Source: Bdellovibrionota bacterium (lineage in GTDB: Bacteria; Bdellovibrionota_C; UBA2361). From it: a DNA stretch of 51,734 nt. Below are positions 8,964-17,935 of the stretch, one piece after another. Below the pieces are notes generated by a model, which was not told the origin of the DNA, did not search any database, and was given only the letters and a program-made list of their open reading frames with translations. The stretch spans positions 1 to 51,734 of the forward strand of contig JBGSNS010000028.1 of the NCBI GenBank assembly GCA_041739515.1, written 5' to 3'. Every line of letters begins with the position of its first letter. Within the stretch, counting starts at the first letter, position 1. The translations under genes were made by a program, and so were the position numbers.

Positions 8964-9941
8964 TCAATTCCCCCTAATACGTTCGAGTTTGGCTTTGGCT
9001 AGTTCAAGTGTATTGCGTAACAACATCGCCACCGTCATCAACCCCGCTCCACCGGGTACCGGCGAGATAGCTCCGGCTACGTTTCTGGCTGAATCAAAAT
9101 CAACATCGCCGCATAGTTTTCCGAATTCATCACGATTAATTCCGACATCGATAACTATCGCCCCTGGCTTTAGCCAATCCCCCTTTACCATGCGCGCACG
9201 TCCGACAGCTGCAACAACGATATCAGCGCTACCGCAAAGAGACGGAAGATCCGGAGATTTCGAATGCGCCATCGTCACCGTCGCGTTACGCTCAAGCAAC
9301 ATCGTAGCCATAGGTTTGCCAACCAAGATCGATCTACCGATAACGATCGCCTTGAGACCGCTTAGATCTTTCTTTGGAATCTCTCGCTCAGGATCGCTTG
9401 CAAACGCGAGATCAATTAATCGCATCGCACCGAGTGGAGTGCACGGCTTAGCGATCGCCCCTCCTCGGCTAAGAAGTCCTTGATTGAGCGGGTGCAAACC
9501 GTCGGCGTCTTTGCTGGGATCAAGAAGATCTAAAAGCGGCTCTGATGCTATCCCTGAGGGTAACGGCAACTGCAACAAAATACCGTGCACTTTAGGATCG
9601 GCGTTGTAGCGACGAATCTCTGCTGCGATTTCGGCAGATGTAGCAGTGTCGCTAAGTTTGGTGTCGAACGTCTCAAACCCAACCTCGTGAGCGGAGCGAT
9701 GTTTGCTTGCTACGTACGTGTGAGAAGCTTTATTTTCTCCAACCAGAATCGTTGCTAATCCAGGAGTAATTCCGAGAGACTTCACCTCCGCCGCTATTAG
9801 CTCCTTCTCACGAGCAGCCAGCCATCTTCCATCAAGGATATGACCATCCAAAGTTTCACAGCCCAAGTTCCCATTTTCAGGATTTTTTTTGCTCGGGGTG
9901 ATTCTCGTCTTCGTGACCATCTTGGGGAGTAAGTTTTGCAC
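8964..9941 (-). CDS. folD: Bifunctional methylene-THF dehydrogenase/methenyl-THF cyclohydrolase FolD; start uncertain
   Basis: ILDGRWLA..., ATILVGENKASHTYVASKHR, AIVIGRSILVGKPMATMLL, PVPGGAGLMTVAMLL. The longest ORF adds about 30 aa ahead of the conserved N-terminus. The stop lies 3 nt before the gcvT start. Confidence 0.9.
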   Translation of the reverse strand: MQNLLPKMVTKTRITPSKKNPENGNLGCETLDGHILDGRWLAAREKELIAAEVKSLGITPGLATILVGENKASHTYVASKHRSAHEVGFETFDTKLSDTATSAEIAAEIRRYNADPKVHGILLQLPLPSGIASEPLLDLLDPSKDADGLHPLNQGLLSRGGAIAKPCTPLGAMRLIDLAFASDPEREIPKKDLSGLKAIVIGRSILVGKPMATMLLERNATVTMAHSKSPDLPSLCGSADIVVAAVGRARMVKGDWLKPGAIVIDVGINRDEFGKLCGDVDFDSARNVAGAISPVPGGAGLMTVAMLLRNTLELAKAKLERIRGN

Positions 9942-10003
9942 GCTAGCACTTGAAAATACATACAGCTGGCGTAAGAAATAGCTGCGACTTGGAGCGCTCT
10001 CAT

Positions 10004-11104
10004 ATGATTATCGGTATCCCGCGTGAACGTAAGACTTTAGAAAAACGGGTGGCACTCACTCCAGAAGGGGCCGCACAGATAATCGGGCGCGGACACAAAG
10101 TTTTAGTCGAAACGAACGCTGGAGCAGGTTCTTTTTTCGATGATGAGCAGTTTACCGCGGCAGGTTGCACGATAGTCCCTACTCTCGCTGACGTATGGGG
10201 AAAATCAGAGCTGGTAGTAAAAGTAAAAGAGCCTCACGAAAGCGAATACCCTCTTTTTAGGGCCGGATTAGCGCTTTTTGATTATCTCCATCTGGCGAGT
10301 TTGCCAAAGGTTGCCGCTGAGTTGGTGCGCGCCAAAGTAACGTCGATTGCTTATGAGCTCGTGCAAACAGCGGGAGGACGATTGCCGCTACTTGAGCCGA
10401 TGAGCGAGGTGGCTGGGAAGCTGTCGATTTTGAACGGCGCCAACTTCCTGCTTTCTCAGCACGGTGGTCGGGGGATTTTGCTGGGTGGTACTAACGAAAC
10501 TATGCCTGCTGAAGTCGTAATCATTGGTGCTGGAATTTCAGGACTAGCTGCATGCGAAGTCGCCGCTGGTGTGGGGGCAAGGGTGACGATTCTCGATACC
10601 AGTCCGGAGAAGCTTGATAAAGTGCGGCTTAAATGGGGACGCACCGTAAGGGCGTTGCCGTCCAATACAGCTAGCTTGCCCCGTGAAATCGCACGCGCTG
10701 ACCTACTAATCGGCGCTGTTTTGGTCCCTGGCGCTGCCGCTCCAAAGATTATTACGCGTGAAATGATTCGCGCGATGTCTAAAGGCTCAGTGTTCGTCGA
10801 CATCTCGATCGATCAAGGTGGTTGCTCGGAAACCAGCAAGCCAACGAACCTAGACGCTCCTGTATACGTGGACGAAGGCGTAATTCACTACGGCGTCTGT
10901 AACATGCCGGCTCAAACACCTAGAACCTCGACGATGGCGTTAACGAACACGACCCTGCCATACATTATGAAGCTAGCCGATATGGGCATTGATGCAGCGT
11001 TGGATTCAAGCGCGGAACTGCGTGGAGCACTCAATACGAAAGACGGGTTCTTAACGAATAAGGCTGTGAGCGAGGCAGTTGGAATTCCGTTTAAGCAGAT
11101 GTAA
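10004..11104 (+). CDS. ald: Alanine dehydrogenase
   Basis: MIIGIPRERKTLEKRVALTPEGA... and the Rossmann motif VVIIGAGISGLAACEVAAGVGARVTILD. The start is set at ATG 10004, which gives the canonical N-terminus; the track ORF begins at 9950. Confidence 0.9.
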   Translation: MIIGIPRERKTLEKRVALTPEGAAQIIGRGHKVLVETNAGAGSFFDDEQFTAAGCTIVPTLADVWGKSELVVKVKEPHESEYPLFRAGLALFDYLHLASLPKVAAELVRAKVTSIAYELVQTAGGRLPLLEPMSEVAGKLSILNGANFLLSQHGGRGILLGGTNETMPAEVVIIGAGISGLAACEVAAGVGARVTILDTSPEKLDKVRLKWGRTVRALPSNTASLPREIARADLLIGAVLVPGAAAPKIITREMIRAMSKGSVFVDISIDQGGCSETSKPTNLDAPVYVDEGVIHYGVCNMPAQTPRTSTMALTNTTLPYIMKLADMGIDAALDSSAELRGALNTKDGFLTNKAVSEAVGIPFKQM

Positions 11105-11106
11105 AG

Positions 11107-11271
11107 CCCCGGGAGCGCGGAGCGTTGCTCCGCAGTCTAGTGTGGTACCTTACAGTAACTCTCCTAAATGCAGCCACGCCATTTAATCTGACTGTATAAT
11201 TTTTGGATAAATTCGCAATTGCAAAGTGATGGCTAAGACTGCGAGGCGCCTGGGAGCGCGGAGCGTTGCTC
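11107..11271. repeat. REP-like intergenic element, copy 2, inverted relative to copy 1
   Basis: CCCCGGGAGCGCGGAGCGTTGCTCCGCAGTC (11107-11137) contains the hairpin GCGGAGC-gtt-GCTCCGC (11117-11133). A second direct copy, CCTGGGAGCGCGGAGCGTTGCTC, lies at 11249-11271 and is preceded by GACTGCGAGGCG. The reverse complement aligns with 690-783. Confidence 0.7.
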
Positions 11272-11669
11272 ACTACTGTCCGGTAGGAAATGAAAATTTC
11301 CTTGCAAGAGATCGAAAGTATTGAAGAAAACGAAGAAAAATCATTTTTCGATTTGAATTTGAAAACGGAATTTAGGGGGATTGCTCGAATCGTTTACGAG
11401 TGTATCACCCATTGTTGGATTCAATGATTTGTTTCAAATACCCGCATAAAGCTTGCAAATTCGCGGATTCGACGATTTTTTGAAGTCGGCCAATCTAACG
11501 AAATCTAAATTTGAATTCTACACTTTTTCTTCAATCTTGAATATTTCGGTTCTAGAGAAAACCCAATGAAACGGGCTTTTTCTGAGCACGGAATACTAAA
11601 CACCTCCGATTCGTCCGAAAATACTCAAAAACAACTCGATTTATGGCCACTTTCTACCGGACAGTAGTG
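11271..11669. mobile_element. MITE-like non-coding element: 399 bp, AT-rich, with perfect 16-bp terminal inverted repeats
   Basis: CACTACTGTCCGGTAG (11271-11286) and CTACCGGACAGTAGTG (11654-11669). The match extends inward imperfectly to about 23 bp. The interior is visibly AT-rich with no credible ORF and no transposase. Confidence 0.45.
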
Positions 11670-11832
11670 ACCGGCGGTCCGCGGTCTCAGTGGTTGTGCG
11701 GCGCATTAACTGCGCAGTTCAAAGCACGCCAAGGATCCATTCATACGCTCTCCCTAACTTCTATCGAACAGCACGGCACAGTCCATTTCTTGCATAACTA
11801 GGTTGTAGATTGGTTTTAAGAGATCCTCGTAG

Positions 11833-13041
11833 ATGGTTAGGATTATTTCGAAGGCTATACTTCTGGCGATATTTTTCTTGCCGCTACAATCTCGTGCTCT
11901 AGTCACAGAGAGCGATATGCCGATTCCGTCGAATGGCCACGTAGGAAACTGGGCTGGTGCGAGCGGTGTACCAATTTCATCGCGCTGGATCGTATCACTC
12001 GATCACATCGGCGGTGCAGTCGGCTGGTCGTTTTGGCTTGACGGAGAATACTTCCAAGCTGTCGAGTATCATAAATACCTAAATACCGATTTAGTTTTGG
12101 TTAAACTCGATCATGATATCCCGAACGGAAAGTGGCATCGCATCGCACGCATCGCTCCCAATGTTGGAGATTCAATTAAGCTAGGTGGCTATGGCGAAAC
12201 ACGGGCTGCAGCTTTATCAGGTAACACTGGTTTTGCGTGGAGTGGTGTTCGGGCATTACGTTGGGCCCAGAATCGACTTGGATCCGTAAGTCTATATTTG
12301 GCTTTCAACTTTTCAGCGCCGGGCACCGGGCAAGAAGAGCCGTATGAGGGACAGGCCGCTTCCGGCGATTCGGGAGGAGGTGTGTTCAAAATGGCTCCTG
12401 ACGGACAACTTGAATTGCTTGGATTAATGCAATCAGTTACTCGCTTTGGGTCAGCTCAATACGGCGATGCCACATACGCCATGAATCTTCAGTCGTACTT
12501 GGCATGGATCGATTCTGTTGTTCCCGGATTAGTTCCGGTTCCGACTCCTACCCCTACAGCTACTCCCACACCAACCGCCATTCAGAGCCCTACGCCGACT
12601 CCGATCCCCACGCCTACCTCGGTTGCTCCCCCGATCGCATCGCCGATTCCAGCGAAACTAGTTCGCAACGGCCTGAAAATCGAAGCCCGTCGTGCAGGAA
12701 AGGTATTAACGGTGAAAACACGTATTAGAGGTCGTTCCGCCGCTTTCGCATTATCAAGGGCAGGAACGAGTTGTAAGTTGATGCTTTATGCGGCTCGAAG
12801 GCAAAACCAGCTATTAAGATCTTCCGCCGTAATTCTTGAACCGAAAGCACGCTATCGAGTGAGTAAGATATCGCCGCTTTCACGTGCTGAAAGAGTATTC
12901 TTCCAGGCAGAATTACAGTGTGCAGAGCATACACTACGCTCGAAGCCGATTTCTATAAGAGGCTCAGGCAGATCCGGAGGCTCTGCCACAAAATACATTC
13001 GGAACTTGCTGAGTGCATTAGAGAGATTGGGCGGGAGTTAG
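11833..13041 (+). CDS. Secreted trypsin-like (S1) serine protease with a Pro/Thr linker and a basic C-terminal domain
   Basis: Signal peptide MVRIISKAILLAIFFLPLQSRA. Triad contexts are VSLDHIGG, NTDLVLVKL and GDSGGGVF. The linker reads PVPTPTPTATPTPTAIQSPTPTPIPTPTS, followed by about 130 Arg/Lys-rich aa of unknown fold. Confidence 0.8.
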   Translation: MVRIISKAILLAIFFLPLQSRALVTESDMPIPSNGHVGNWAGASGVPISSRWIVSLDHIGGAVGWSFWLDGEYFQAVEYHKYLNTDLVLVKLDHDIPNGKWHRIARIAPNVGDSIKLGGYGETRAAALSGNTGFAWSGVRALRWAQNRLGSVSLYLAFNFSAPGTGQEEPYEGQAASGDSGGGVFKMAPDGQLELLGLMQSVTRFGSAQYGDATYAMNLQSYLAWIDSVVPGLVPVPTPTPTATPTPTAIQSPTPTPIPTPTSVAPPIASPIPAKLVRNGLKIEARRAGKVLTVKTRIRGRSAAFALSRAGTSCKLMLYAARRQNQLLRSSAVILEPKARYRVSKISPLSRAERVFFQAELQCAEHTLRSKPISIRGSGRSGGSATKYIRNLLSALERLGGS

Positions 13042-13166
13042 CTTTCTCGAACGGAATCGTCTCTAATTTTTCGATGCATCAGCATGCCCGCGAATTGGCA
13101 TAGCCTTCATTGATTACGTAGCTGAAGAAGATTCGATAGAGATTGCTCTATAGGCGGCGTCTAGCT

Positions 13167-13814
13167 CTACTTCGTCCCAAACAACCGATCCCCTGCATCA
13201 CCGAGCCCGGGAACAATGTACCCATGATCATTTAACTTCTCATCGATTGCACCAACGTAGATATCAACGTCTGGGTGTGCATTGTGCAGCGCAGCGATAC
13301 CCTCAGGCGCCGCAAGTAGATTTACCATGCGAATAGACTTAGGTTTCATCTCTTTTAGCTTTGTAATCGCCGCTGCTGCGGAATGTCCGGTCGCAAGCAT
13401 CGGATCTAATATGAATACATCAGCCGTGGGTGTATTACTTGGCATCTTGCAGTAGTACTCCACTGGTTTAAGAGTTTTAGGATCTCGATAAAGCCCTAAA
13501 AATCCGACGCGTGCGTTAGGAATTAATTCAAGTACGCCATCGAGCAGTCCATTTCCTGCGCGCAAAATTGAGACCAGCACTAAGTTTTCATTCGCTAGCG
13601 TTGGTGCCTTCATCGCTTGAATCGGGGTCTCTATCTCTCGTGTGGTCAGAGCAAGTTCTCGGGTGACCTCGAACATGATTAACATCCCAACTTCTTTTAC
13701 CAACGTTCGAAAGAGCTGGCTGTTCGTGGATGTTTCGCGCATGATCGTAAGCTTGTGTTGTACAAGTGGATGAGTGATCGAAACGACTTTGCCGATTTTT
13801 TGTGCGTTATTCAT
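13167..13814 (-). CDS. upp: Uracil phosphoribosyltransferase
   Basis: 215 aa with [11 protein letters not shown] and the PRPP loop [14 protein letters not shown]. Confidence 0.95.
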   Translation of the reverse strand: MNNAQKIGKVVSITHPLVQHKLTIMRETSTNSQLFRTLVKEVGMLIMFEVTRELALTTREIETPIQAMKAPTLANENLVLVSILRAGNGLLDGVLELIPNARVGFLGLYRDPKTLKPVEYYCKMPSNTPTADVFILDPMLATGHSAAAAITKLKEMKPKSIRMVNLLAAPEGIAALHNAHPDVDIYVGAIDEKLNDHGYIVPGLGDAGDRLFGTK

Positions 13815-13832
13815 TCAATCCTTTCTCTAAGT

Positions 13833-14558
13833 TTATAGGGCTGCCCAATCGACCGGAGTTTTGCCACCCGTTCTCAATAAATTATTACATTGCGAAAAAT
13901 GCTTACATCCCAAAAACCCACGATGCGCGGATAATGGGGATGGATGGGGTGCTTTGAGAAGGTGGTGTCTATGGCAGTCGATCCCGAGGCATTTTTTCTG
14001 CGCCGGGCTTCCCCAAAGCATAAAAACAACCCCACTATGATGAACATTGATCGCCGATACAACGGCATCCGTGAACCGTTCCCATCCGCGATTGATGTGC
14101 GACTGTGGTTGTCCGCGCTCCACCGTGAGAACGGCGTTTAGCATTAGGACACCTTGTGCAGCCCAGCCCGATAGGCAGCCGTGTGGTGGCGTTGGAATTT
14201 CTAGATCGTTTTTTAGTTCTTTGAAAATATTATTCAACGAGGGTGGTGGTGGGACCCCTTTCTTTACGGAGAAACAAAGACCGTGCGCTTGACCAGGTCC
14301 GTGATACGGGTCCTGCCCAATGATGACTACTTTGACCTTATCGAACGGGGTTGTCGAAAGCGCTTCGAAAACTGATTTGTTTGGCGGATATATTTCTTTG
14401 CCAGCGCGTCTCTCTGCTTCCACAAAGCTTAAAATTTCCTTGAAGTACGATTGTTGCTTCTCGACCTTAAGAACATCGGCCCAGCTCAGCACGCTTGATG
14501 TTTCGCCTGTAGTAGCTATCGTTTCAATCATATCCTGCAGCCTCGATCGATTCAGCAC
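13833..14558 (-). CDS. ung: Uracil-DNA glycosylase (family 1)
   Basis: [22 protein letters not shown] and HPSPLSA motifs. Confidence 0.95.
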   Translation of the reverse strand: MLNRSRLQDMIETIATTGETSSVLSWADVLKVEKQQSYFKEILSFVEAERRAGKEIYPPNKSVFEALSTTPFDKVKVVIIGQDPYHGPGQAHGLCFSVKKGVPPPPSLNNIFKELKNDLEIPTPPHGCLSGWAAQGVLMLNAVLTVERGQPQSHINRGWERFTDAVVSAINVHHSGVVFMLWGSPAQKKCLGIDCHRHHLLKAPHPSPLSAHRGFLGCKHFSQCNNLLRTGGKTPVDWAAL

Positions 14559-15438
14559 ACATTTCTATATAGGACTGATACCTTGAAAACGAGATCTCTT
14601 CAGCTTCCACAGCACGCTTCACTGCGCACTCCTCTTCGTCTAGATGAGAGCAATCCCGAAACGGACAATTTTGAGCAACTTTTAAAATTTCAGCGAATCC
14701 ATACACGATTTGTGGAAGATCTAAATGAGCTGTTCCGAAGCGCTGGATGCCGGGAAGATCCGCTAGAATTAGCGGAGGGATATCACCTCGCGGGAATAAA
14801 TGTCCGAATGGCTGAGAGGTGGTTTGCCTGCCTTGGCCGGTCCTAACGCTCACTTCGTTCACCCGTGCGGAGGCATCAGGGATAAGAGAATTAACGATCG
14901 TACTTTTCCCCACTCCGCTAACGCCGGCTATTACCGCCAAACCGAGTGAGGGATCTTGTAGGCGCTCGCGTAGCTCGTCGATACCGTCTCCACGGATCGC
15001 ACTTGTGAGCATCATGTCGAAGCCGATGTTTTGATACATCTCTACAAGTTCGCGAGTTGACTCCACTCCCAGATCAACTTTATTGACGATAAGAGTGAAC
15101 GGAATTTCTTCTAAGATCGCAGCAGCAGCGATGCGATCTACGAACGCAGTATTAAAAAGCGGTGCGACTGCAGCACCAATAAATAGGTGATCGACATTAG
15201 CTGCGATTCTGCGTGTTTGTCCGAAGTAACTACGCATTAGTACGTTTGTTGGCTCACACCGGCGGCTAACAACAAGCTTCTCTCCAGTGGTATTAAGTTC
15301 GACGCGGTCTCCAACGGCGACGTCGAGAGCGTGCGATGAAAGGTGCGCATTTTCCTGAGCCCCTGATTCACGCAACACTAATGCTGCGCGCCTAGAAGCG
15401 CTTAATATAATCGCTACCTCTGAATTGCTAATCGCCAT
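14524..15438 (-). CDS. rsgA: Ribosome small-subunit-dependent GTPase A
   Basis: Circularly permuted GTPase: LIVNKVDL precedes [15 protein letters not shown]-terminal zinc knuckle [16 protein letters not shown]. Confidence 0.9.
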   Translation of the reverse strand: MAISNSEVAIILSASRRAALVLRESGAQENAHLSSHALDVAVGDRVELNTTGEKLVVSRRCEPTNVLMRSYFGQTRRIAANVDHLFIGAAVAPLFNTAFVDRIAAAAILEEIPFTLIVNKVDLGVESTRELVEMYQNIGFDMMLTSAIRGDGIDELRERLQDPSLGLAVIAGVSGVGKSTIVNSLIPDASARVNEVSVRTGQGRQTTSQPFGHLFPRGDIPPLILADLPGIQRFGTAHLDLPQIVYGFAEILKVAQNCPFRDCSHLDEEECAVKRAVEAEEISFSRYQSYIEMCAESIEAAGYD

Positions 15439-15919
15439 TCAAGATCACTTGGTTTTTCGTATCAAGATTGAGGCCGGTATCACCTGCTGCAGAGTGAGCA
15501 TCAGCTTTTATATCATCGGCTGCATCCTTGACCCCCGATACGAATTCAACCCCGGAGGCGTATACTTTGTTCCAATCCACCAGCGGTTCGTATTTAGAAA
15601 TCAGTATGCCGGTGATAGTGAACACAAGCGGTGCCGCAAGCGCTGGAAAGATCCCACGAATCGCAATTCCGGGAAGAAGCTTAACCACTAGCCAAAAAAT
15701 CACAGCGTTGCTGAGAAGTACCACCAACTGTGCCTGTCCGAAGGTCTCGGGAATCTGAAAAAACAGAGCAACGTCCCAAACGTGAGTGTTAAAAAACGCT
15801 AAGGCTGCAACTGTGAGAAAAGCTGGTATCGGACCTGAGACGGTGAGCCCAGGAAGGAGAAAAGCCGTGAGCATCATCGCAACTGTCTGAATTACCCAGA
15901 ATTTTAAGTTTAAATCCAT
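15428..15919 (-). CDS. DUF360 / phage-holin-superfamily-IV-like 4-TM membrane protein
   Basis: 163 aa with four hydrophobic helices in the DUF360 pattern (LKFWVIQTVAMMLTAFLLPGLTV...). It overlaps the rsgA start by 11 nt. Confidence 0.6.
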   Translation of the reverse strand: MDLNLKFWVIQTVAMMLTAFLLPGLTVSGPIPAFLTVAALAFFNTHVWDVALFFQIPETFGQAQLVVLLSNAVIFWLVVKLLPGIAIRGIFPALAAPLVFTITGILISKYEPLVDWNKVYASGVEFVSGVKDAADDIKADAHSAAGDTGLNLDTKNQVILNGD

Positions 15920-15988
15920 GCAATTAGAGGCTACCAGGGAGATTTTGCATGAGCAACGCCGATCCCGTAGGATAGCCGGGGTCCCTAT

Positions 15989-16729
15989 ATGGCTAAGAAT
16001 AAAACCCCCATTTCTAATGATAGACCGTTCGGTACAGGACGGAATGGTGCTGGTAATCAGAGTGCGTATTGTTCCTTCGCAGAAACCATCACCAACGCCG
16101 TTGGGTCGTTGCGTGAGAAGTTGCTCTCTACTGTTTTTGTTACGAATGCGGTTTCTAGAGCCAGATCAGCGGTTTTTACCGTTGTTTGGTATATTCCGGC
16201 GCTGTTTGTTATCACAATGGGATTGACGGCGTTGTACTCACCGAGAGCTGCATTGTGGCTCTTATTGGGCGGCTTCCTGGTCTTCGCAGGCAGTCTGTTT
16301 TTTATCGCCCGGTTGATTCGCAGTCGATATCACGCGTTGCTGGCTCGCATGCCGAAGATCAATGGACAAACACCGAAGCGACTTGAATTCCACGCAGTTG
16401 TTTTAGGGGTAGGAGACCGACCTAGTGGACTGGATGCCCTCGATCCCATGGATCTTGAGGAGTCTCTAGATGATGAAGGCGGGTACGATGGTCTCGAGGC
16501 TGTTATGGGCGATGTACTTAACGAAGACGACGTCACGGATAAAGATGACGATACAGAGATAGAGGATATGCCATTGGCGGTCGGAGGAGGCGAGCCTCCG
16601 CGCAGTGAGCGAGAAAACGAGACTAAAAAAACTTCCAATGATCCTTCAGATGAAGAGCTCTCAGCATTTGAGATGTACGAGGTGCCATTGTTGCGACGTG
16701 AGAGACGGAAGAAAACGTTGATTCATTAG
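15989..16729 (+). CDS. Membrane protein with a TM hairpin and a long acidic disordered tail; function unknown
   Basis: 246 aa. Two adjacent TM helices (FTVVWYIPALFVITMGLTAL / LWLLLGGFLVFAGSLFFIARL), then a D/E-rich tail (NEDDVTDKDDDTEIED...). No family recognised. Confidence 0.55.
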   Translation: MAKNKTPISNDRPFGTGRNGAGNQSAYCSFAETITNAVGSLREKLLSTVFVTNAVSRARSAVFTVVWYIPALFVITMGLTALYSPRAALWLLLGGFLVFAGSLFFIARLIRSRYHALLARMPKINGQTPKRLEFHAVVLGVGDRPSGLDALDPMDLEESLDDEGGYDGLEAVMGDVLNEDDVTDKDDDTEIEDMPLAVGGGEPPRSERENETKKTSNDPSDEELSAFEMYEVPLLRRERRKKTLIH

Positions 16730-16796
16730 CCAACGGAGATTTCAGATACTTTGAGCAGTATTCGTGACTTGGTTAAACCAACTCACTCTGACAGCT

Positions 16797-17798
16797 CTAA
16801 ATCATCTGCTCTTCGGCTCCACCGCCACCGATGACGATTTTGCCTTCAGCTTCGAGACGTCGAACGATATCAACGATACCCTGCTGCGCTTTCTCTACGT
16901 CTTTGCGCTTAACTGGCCCTAGCGCTGAGAGGTCTTCTTTTACCATTTCAGCAGCTCGTTGCGACATGTTGCGGAAAACTAGGTCGGAAAGTTCTGGGCT
17001 CGCAGACTTCAGAGCAAGCACAAGCTGATCGCGTGGGACTTCCTTCATTACGGTCTGCATGCCCTTGTCGTCTATCTTCTTGCAATCCTCGAACGTGAAC
17101 ATCAAGTTACGGATTTGCTCCGCCATGTCAGGATACATCTCTTCGATCTCGGTGACGATTCGCTCCTCGTTGGCGCGATCGACGAAGTTAAGAATGTCTG
17201 CGGCAGCTTTTGGTCCACCAATCTCTTCTTCTTCGTTGCCGCTTCCTTTTAATTGTGAACGCAAGACTTCGCGTACCTCATCCACGACGTCGTTCTTAAC
17301 GTGGTTAAGGTTTGCGATTCGAATTAAAATATCTGTTTGAGCTTCCTCGCCCATTTTTTGAAGAACCTTCGCTGATTGATCCGGATTCATCTTCGTCATC
17401 AAGAAGGCGACAGTCTGCGGATGTTCAGCGGAGATGAAGCCTTTGAGGATCTTTTCCGGCACGTCCTGGATGATGGTTGAAATCGGTTCCTTTCGAGCTC
17501 CAGTGATGTACTCAAGCAGCCCTTCGCCGCCTTTATCGCCGAATGCCCCGGCTATTACATCTTTGGCAAACTCGCGGCCGTCAACGAGCAGGGTATCGCT
17601 CGCTTTCATTAACGTCCGGAATTCTTTCGCTATCCCGAATTGAGTTTCGCGGTCTACCTCTGATACCGCCATGAATGCGCGGCTAATACGTTTGACCTCA
17701 GGCTCCGTAAGGTGCTGAAGCACCGCAGAAGCAAGCTCCTTTCCGAGGGTTAGCAGCGTTAGGGCTGCTTTTTCTGTATTATTCAATTCTCGTCCCAT
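16797..17798 (-). CDS. fliG: Flagellar motor switch protein FliG
   Basis: 333 aa, full-length. C-terminal torque-helix region MFTFEDCKKIDDKGMQTVMKEV...NMSQRAAEMVKEDL...VEKAQQGIVDIVRRLEAEGKIVI. Confidence 0.9.
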   Translation of the reverse strand: MGRELNNTEKAALTLLTLGKELASAVLQHLTEPEVKRISRAFMAVSEVDRETQFGIAKEFRTLMKASDTLLVDGREFAKDVIAGAFGDKGGEGLLEYITGARKEPISTIIQDVPEKILKGFISAEHPQTVAFLMTKMNPDQSAKVLQKMGEEAQTDILIRIANLNHVKNDVVDEVREVLRSQLKGSGNEEEEIGGPKAAADILNFVDRANEERIVTEIEEMYPDMAEQIRNLMFTFEDCKKIDDKGMQTVMKEVPRDQLVLALKSASPELSDLVFRNMSQRAAEMVKEDLSALGPVKRKDVEKAQQGIVDIVRRLEAEGKIVIGGGGAEEQMI

Positions 17799-17837
17799 GG
17801 GCCGTCGCTAGATACACTTGAAGTCAGTTTGTTAAGA

Positions 17838-17853
17838 TGCAAGTTCCTAGCCG
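17838..17853 (-). promoter_or_regulatory. Candidate sigma54 (-24/-12) promoter upstream of fliG
   Basis: The minus strand reads cGGCtagGaacTTGCA, with the same GG-to-GC spacing as the consensus TGGCACG-N4-TTGCW. The -12 element lies about 40 nt upstream of the fliG ATG. Confidence 0.35.
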
Positions 17854-17935
17854 AAAGGAGAGTTTAATATATCTCCTGTAACCCATTGAATATGCTTGTT
17901 GATATGTGTGTTTTCGGACAAAACTACATATATAG

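Noticed and set aside
8947-9483. Long antisense ORFs inside well-supported genes (for example 8947..9483 +, 43777..44367 -, 2800..3279 -, 1804..2211 -, 34368..34787 +, 27373..27756 -, 6471..6848 +)
   Set aside because: Each overlaps a confidently identified gene on the opposite strand or in another frame. They have biased Ser/Arg/Pro-rich composition and no recognisable motifs, as expected of shadow ORFs at moderate GC.
9840-10003. Glycine riboswitch upstream of the folD-gcvTHP operon
   Set aside because: I looked for the conserved GGAGAG, CCGAAGG.GCAA and CTCAGGCAAAAGGAC blocks on the minus strand and none is present. This needs an Infernal run to be definitive.
11290-11427. 45-codon ORF (MKISLQEIESIEENEEKSFFDLNLK...) inside the MITE-like element
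   Set aside because: No adequately spaced RBS and AT-driven Lys/Glu/Ile composition. It lies within an inverted-repeat-bounded non-coding element, and there is no support for translation.
12530-12660. Repetitive CC(G/T)AC(T/G)CC DNA that could be mistaken for a tandem-repeat or CRISPR-like locus
   Set aside because: It is in frame within the protease ORF and encodes the Pro/Thr linker. The units are short, imperfect and have no spacers.
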